Part shown: piece by piece, positions 59,018 through 64,000 of the stretch
How the letters are laid out: every line of letters starts with the position of its first letter
Numbering within the stretch: the first letter of the stretch is position 1
From: a bacterium
Lineage (GTDB): Bacteria > Zhuqueibacterota > Zhuqueibacteria > Residuimicrobiales > Krinioviventaceae
Direction of reading: 5' to 3'
Length of the DNA stretch: 64,000 nt
Assembly (NCBI GenBank): GCA_963675755.2
Contig: CAXXMD010000003.1
Span: forward strand, 1 to 64,000
Translations under genes and position numbers: made by a program
Notes under the pieces: generated by a model
What the model saw: the letters and a program-made list of their open reading frames with translations, nothing else
What the model was told of the DNA's origin: nothing
The model's database searches: none

Positions 59018-59049
59018 AAACAGGCAGGCATTAATAGTCTGCCTGTTTT
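59018..59049 (+). terminator. Intrinsic terminator
   Basis: aaacaggcaggc-N7-gtctgcctgtttt. Confidence 0.8.
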
Positions 59050-59156
59050 AATTAATCACACCTAATAATCTTGCTGCTATTGCAGATGAAACAATAATGC
59101 ACTATATTGTGTTCAATTTTAATTATTATTCATCTATCAAACCACTGGATTTCACT

Positions 59157-59810
59157 GTGAAACGCACATCTTTGATCATAATCATCACCGCAATTATAAC
59201 AATAACCTTGTATTACTGGGGACAGCGAGTTCATGTTTATGTATTTAAACCCCTGACAACAGCACTCATTATCATACTTGCCATGCAGGGTGCATTTAAA
59301 TCCCGTAAAAAGTATGGATATCTCGTAACAATCGGATTGGTTTTTTGCCTTGTCGGCGATGTATTTCTAATGCTTCCCGGTAAAACTTTTATCAAAGGTT
59401 TATTCAGCTTTTTAATTGCTCACTTGTTTTTCATCGCAGCGTTTCTCACAGAAGGATTTTATATTACCTGGTATGTTTTACTAATTTTGGGATTAACCGG
59501 TACAATAATATTCACAATCTTGTTGTCATCACTGAATGGTCTCCTTTGGCCGGTTCTTTTCTATTTATCAGTCATACTTTTTATGGCATGGCAGGCTATT
59601 GAACAACGCGTTCACATTCCTGCAAAAAACAAAACATTTGCAGCTATAGGCTCAATACTCTTTTTAACATCCGATTCTTTTTTGGCTTTTAACAAGTTTC
59701 ACGTATCACTTCCATTATCTCATTTACTGATTCTTTCTACTTATTACGCGGCTATATATTTTTTAGCACTATCTATTCATAATCCGGCTGTCAAAAGTTT
59801 AAATAAATAA
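59157..59810 (+). CDS. YhhN / lysoplasmalogenase family membrane protein
   Basis: FKP, GDVFLM, FLIAH, SDSFLA, TYYAA; GTG start at 59157 preferred (ORF extends to 59097). Confidence 0.9.
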   Translation: MKRTSLIIIITAIITITLYYWGQRVHVYVFKPLTTALIIILAMQGAFKSRKKYGYLVTIGLVFCLVGDVFLMLPGKTFIKGLFSFLIAHLFFIAAFLTEGFYITWYVLLILGLTGTIIFTILLSSLNGLLWPVLFYLSVILFMAWQAIEQRVHIPAKNKTFAAIGSILFLTSDSFLAFNKFHVSLPLSHLLILSTYYAAIYFLALSIHNPAVKSLNK

Positions 59811-59853
59811 AAATAATTCTTTTTTTAATTGAAAATTTAACTAATTTAAATGC

Positions 59854-61137
59854 ATGAACATAAACAAAGACATAAAAGAGCTGCTAAAAGCTCAAATCAT
59901 TACTCCTGAAACTGCGGCAGACATTCAGGCCTATTACCAAAGCCGAAAGGCCAATGCCACAAATCGTTTGTTTGTCATTTTTGGAATTCTGGGTGCATTG
60001 CTTATTGGGCTGGGAATTATCCTGATCTTTGCTCACAATTGGGACACGCTGCCACGTTTATTCAAAACAGGATTAACCTTTCTCTTACTTTTCATTGCCC
60101 AATTAATTTGTGGCTATGCAATCACAAAAAAATCAACCAGCATAGCCTGGCGCGAAAGCAGTACCGTCTTTTTATTCCTGATAATTGGCGCAACCATTGC
60201 CCTGATCGGTCAGATCTATCATTTGCCCGGAAATTTGGGACGGTTTCTTTTAACATGGATGCTGTTGGGCCTTCCGCTTGTTTATCTGGCAAAATCATCC
60301 ATTTCATCTATACTGTACATTATCGGAATAACAGCATACGCCTGCGAGATAGGATATTGGATGCATCCGGTAGCCGAGTCATGGCTGTATTGGATTTTAT
60401 TACTGGCCATTATCCCCCATTTTATCATATTAATTCGCAATTATCCGGAAAGCGGATTCTTAACATTGCACAAATGGCTGCTTCCTCTTTCACCGGTTAT
60501 AACCCTGGGGACAATAGCATCCAACAATTCAGAATTCATGTTTGTTGCCTATATCAGCATGTTTGGTTTGTATCATATCATTGGTAATACACTATTCAAT
60601 AATGAGAAAAAAGCGATTAACAATGCTTTTACATTAACAGGAATTCTGGGTACTCTTTCCCTCTTGTTAACATTGAGTTTTGACTGGTTCTGGAACGAAC
60701 TGCAAAAAGGTTCATTCCATCCTGAATATATGCTGATATCAAGAGAAGGAATAACAGCTATACTCGTCACAATATTTGCAATCGTTTTAAAAATATTTGC
60801 GGCTTCCAGGTACAAAAAAATTGACCTCTCCCCCTTTTCTTATGCCTTTATTCTCTTTTTCTTTATTTTCCTTGCAGGAATGGCAACACCCAGCGCAGTA
60901 TTTCTGATTAATCTCTTGTTATTTGCAATGGGGCTGGGCGGAATTATTATGGGTGCAAAAAACGGAGAAATTCAAGAGTTAAATCTGGGTTTATTGGTCA
61001 TATCCGCATTAATTATCTGTCGTTTTTTCGATACAGAATTCAGCTTTGTAACCCGGGGTATTGTTTTTGTTTTAATCGGTTCCGGCTTTTTTACAGCAAA
61101 CTATTGGATGTTAAAAAAGAGAAAAGCAAATGCGTAA
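59854..61137 (+). CDS. DUF2157 domain membrane protein
   Basis: IITPETA, LGALLIGLGIILIFAHNW, GATIALIGQIYHL. Confidence 0.88.
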   Translation: MNINKDIKELLKAQIITPETAADIQAYYQSRKANATNRLFVIFGILGALLIGLGIILIFAHNWDTLPRLFKTGLTFLLLFIAQLICGYAITKKSTSIAWRESSTVFLFLIIGATIALIGQIYHLPGNLGRFLLTWMLLGLPLVYLAKSSISSILYIIGITAYACEIGYWMHPVAESWLYWILLLAIIPHFIILIRNYPESGFLTLHKWLLPLSPVITLGTIASNNSEFMFVAYISMFGLYHIIGNTLFNNEKKAINNAFTLTGILGTLSLLLTLSFDWFWNELQKGSFHPEYMLISREGITAILVTIFAIVLKIFAASRYKKIDLSPFSYAFILFFFIFLAGMATPSAVFLINLLLFAMGLGGIIMGAKNGEIQELNLGLLVISALIICRFFDTEFSFVTRGIVFVLIGSGFFTANYWMLKKRKANA

Positions 61138-61693
61138 AAATAAAATCATACTATTGTTATTCATACTCGTTGCGCTGGCCCAGCTCTTTATCCCTGCATC
61201 CATGATAATCGATCGGGAAAATGTAATCAAGTACGGTAATAAGTTCAATTTTCTCACCGAACCGGTTGACCCTAACGATCCCTTTCATGGCAAATATATC
61301 GATCTTGCGTTTACTGAAACAGAATTCCCCCTAAATAGTGATACTTCCTGGGTGCCCAATGAAACGGTATTCGTTATCCTTAAAACAGATAAAGACGGTT
61401 TTGCCCGGATCCAATCCGTATCTAAAGAAAAACCGAAGAATTCGACAGACTATATCAAAGCTCAGGTTTATTATGTCCGCGCTGACGATGCAAATACAAT
61501 GGTCATCAATTATCCCTTTAGCAGATTTTATATGCAAGAGACAAAGGCCAAAAACGCAGAAGACCAGTTTAGAAAAGCCCAACGCAATAATTCAAAAAGC
61601 ACTTTTGCAATAATAAGCGTTTTAAATGGCAAAGCAGTTATCATTGATATTATGATAGATAACGTCTCTGTTACCAAGCTCGCTAAACCATAA
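61130..61693 (+). CDS. GDYXXLXY domain protein
   Basis: TEPVDPNDPFHGKYIDL, RFYMQE; overlaps the DUF2157 gene, its usual partner. Confidence 0.88.
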   Translation: MRKNKIILLLFILVALAQLFIPASMIIDRENVIKYGNKFNFLTEPVDPNDPFHGKYIDLAFTETEFPLNSDTSWVPNETVFVILKTDKDGFARIQSVSKEKPKNSTDYIKAQVYYVRADDANTMVINYPFSRFYMQETKAKNAEDQFRKAQRNNSKSTFAIISVLNGKAVIIDIMIDNVSVTKLAKP

Positions 61694-61696
61694 ATT

Positions 61697-63631
61697 TTAT
61701 TTCAATAACAGCATCCGAATTATTTCTTGTTGCCCATTTGTTGTCAATACCGCAGTATAAATACCACTCGAAACAGAATTCCCTGTACGGTCTAATCCTT
61801 TCCAGTCTGTTGTATATGTTCCTGCCGTCAAGATCTCTGAAACAAGTGTTGTCACTTTTCTTCCTGTCACATCATAAATATCCAATGTAACAAAGGTATT
61901 TTGAGGTATTGTATATTGAATAACAGTTCCCGCATTAAATGGATTGGGGTAATTGTTAAACAATTGCCATCCATCTGGCTCCGAATTGTTATCTTGAATA
62001 CCTGTATTTGCATAATTTTCAACACTTTTCGAGATACCGGCAATTTCAACAGGAGCTTTATCCATTGCTTGATAAAAACCGGAAAAACGGGTTACTTTAT
62101 CAGTATCATAAGCATTCAAATCTGCAACAAAATGGGGTGCAAGTGTCTGATAATACATAGTAACTGAAATATCATAATCCGTTACAGTATTATCAATAGC
62201 CATCTTGTAAGTGACATAATCACTTCCGGAACCTTCCTGGCCATCATCATTAAAATTGAAATTATTATCATTTAAAGCATTTCCACAGATTGCAATATCC
62301 TGATAATTTTCAGATACGCTCGTAAATCCTTTGGGCGGAATACGATTGTCTTTGGCATATTCAGCTCCTCGCAGCAGGGTATAGGTTACATCTCCATTCA
62401 CATCTTTCATAATTGCCTGGTAGATTTGTACCTGATCAGGTTGATTGATTTCATCATAATGAGGTTCATATCCATCGTCTATACCTGCCACCTCACCATT
62501 ATCATCCGGTTTTCCGGATTCAAAAACAATATTCTCATTATTATCTTGAATGACAACATGCAGCCACGCCCGGCGACTGGGAAAGCCGGTGGGGAACTTG
62601 TGTCCTGCAAGATTTTCAACAAGTACCTGTGTTACAAGGGTATCATCATCAATCCAGGCTGTTGCAGATAAATTGACAGCCTGTTGCTGCAACATCCTTT
62701 TAGATTTATTCATCGTGCTGTCAAAATGCTGTACTGCAGCTGTTGCACCAATAACATCCAGATTATTTTTTATCAGCGTGCCCATAAAAACATTCCCTCC
62801 CACAAATTCATGTCCCCAGGTAGGTGAACGCTTTGTGGTAAGTGAAGGCGGCCGTGTAGAAATAAGCATAGATTCTTCTGTAACCGGCATATGACAGGTT
62901 TGACATTCAACAGACTCGTCGGGATAACCGCTGTTTTCCCATTCCAGATAAGGTGTCTGTTCAGGGAAATAACCGGCTACCTGGCCCATATCATCCACAA
63001 ATGGAGTATACAAGGTGTGGCAAGTGGCACATAGTTCTGACTTGTGTACATGTTCAGAATATACAGGGGTATACCCCGTCATATTAAACATCGGCATGGT
63101 AGTGGGATTTGTATAGGGTCCAAAGATGGAATGCACATTGGTAATATCATATCCACCGGTAAAACTTGCTTCAGTGCCCAAATTTGAATTTTGAATTTGA
63201 TGACAGAGGGTGCAGCTCACTCCATCCATGCTCAAGGGATCAGCCAAACCCTCATCAAATGTATACCCCTCCGCTCCTGTAACAACAGATTCTGTACGTC
63301 CCATTGGCATATGACAGGTTGCGCATTTATCTTCAATTACAGCTTGTAATGCAGGATTCGCCGCAACCTCGGCACTAACCTTTGCCTGCCATAACGGATC
63401 CCGTGAAGCATTGGCCATCATGGTTGAACGCCATAGCGTTGTGGGAGAAACATCATCGCCACTCTGCGTGGTAAAAGCATTTCCATCAGAAATATGACAT
63501 TGGGCGCAATTACCAGAGCCGGAAAAATGTGTAGAAGTTGATACGGTCAGGGTTTGAGAATAAATTGAAAGCGAAAATACAAATACAATTGACAGTGTAA
63601 AGGTCAGGATTCTGAATAAATACTTTATCAT
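61697..63631 (-). CDS. Secreted pentaheme c-type cytochrome with T9SS-type/FlgD-Ig C-terminal domain
   Basis: Signal peptide; five CxxCH motifs (CAQCH, CATCH, CTLCH, CATCH, CQTCH); GHKFPTG; NYPNPFN...SSGIY. Confidence 0.9.
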   Translation of the reverse strand: MIKYLFRILTFTLSIVFVFSLSIYSQTLTVSTSTHFSGSGNCAQCHISDGNAFTTQSGDDVSPTTLWRSTMMANASRDPLWQAKVSAEVAANPALQAVIEDKCATCHMPMGRTESVVTGAEGYTFDEGLADPLSMDGVSCTLCHQIQNSNLGTEASFTGGYDITNVHSIFGPYTNPTTMPMFNMTGYTPVYSEHVHKSELCATCHTLYTPFVDDMGQVAGYFPEQTPYLEWENSGYPDESVECQTCHMPVTEESMLISTRPPSLTTKRSPTWGHEFVGGNVFMGTLIKNNLDVIGATAAVQHFDSTMNKSKRMLQQQAVNLSATAWIDDDTLVTQVLVENLAGHKFPTGFPSRRAWLHVVIQDNNENIVFESGKPDDNGEVAGIDDGYEPHYDEINQPDQVQIYQAIMKDVNGDVTYTLLRGAEYAKDNRIPPKGFTSVSENYQDIAICGNALNDNNFNFNDDGQEGSGSDYVTYKMAIDNTVTDYDISVTMYYQTLAPHFVADLNAYDTDKVTRFSGFYQAMDKAPVEIAGISKSVENYANTGIQDNNSEPDGWQLFNNYPNPFNAGTVIQYTIPQNTFVTLDIYDVTGRKVTTLVSEILTAGTYTTDWKGLDRTGNSVSSGIYTAVLTTNGQQEIIRMLLLK

Positions 63632-64000
63632 CTTTGTGATCTCCAGTTAAATTTCAAAACTTGATTAATAACATGGTCACATTTTAAATTCAATATATAA
63701 TAAATTAGCAACTTCCATTCCAAAATCAATTTAAATATTTATTTTTATATAAATTAGCCACAAAACTTTTTAAAGTTGATTTTTTTCATTCATTTCGTTA
63801 CCGGTAACTTGTAATTTCAAAAAAACAGGTATTTTTTTTCAACTTTGATGGAATGGATTTCACAATCCAATGGTCTAATGGGTGTTTAATGATGGTTAAA
63901 TCCGGTAGAATTAACCGATAAAATCTTTTTTAAAATCCATCAGTTGACCAAAATATTTACAAAACAAGGTAACGTAATTATTCACAAACCCCAACCCATC

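Noticed and set aside
63632-64000. Possible riboswitch or ncRNA (tgatgga…tccatca complementarity, ~63846-63941)
   Set aside because: Weak pairing in AT-rich DNA with no recognisable Rfam motif; an Infernal search is needed.

Overview
Bacterial DNA, probably from a KSB1/Calditrichota/FCB-type organism (inferred from NYPNPFN-type C-terminal sorting domains and Shine-Dalgarno use). Left 35 kb: one minus-strand unit behind a sigma-54 promoter, containing a membrane-fusion protein, a four-helix-bundle (23S rRNA-IVP/Avd-like) gene, an ABC ATPase, 13 tandem divergent ~790-aa MacB/FtsX-type permeases and a second ATPase truncated at the window edge. A divergent NtrC-type regulator and histidine kinase lie next to it. 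Thirteen of the 16 gene junctions carry 7-bp-periodic repeat arms that start almost exactly at the stop codon and often form inverted pairs. One such pair encloses the four-helix-bundle gene. Eleven of 13 permeases end in a shared nucleotide motif, consensus RCGTTGAGGTATGARTRR, and two neighbours share a near-identical 182-bp 3' end. Together this suggests a cassette-like permease array that expands by recombination; no recombinase or reverse transcriptase is visible, so the mechanism is inference. 38-50 kb: an accessory block in which each gene is preceded by a TTGTCTGAATTAGGATT-type repeat end and followed by GTAG-REP or 9-bp-periodic hairpins. Right end: MFS plus MerR regulator with a 19-bp-spacer promoter, a histidine kinase, a CapK/PaaK-like ligase, two NIPSNAP lipoproteins, YhhN, DUF2157 plus GDYXXLXY, and a secreted pentaheme cytochrome c.
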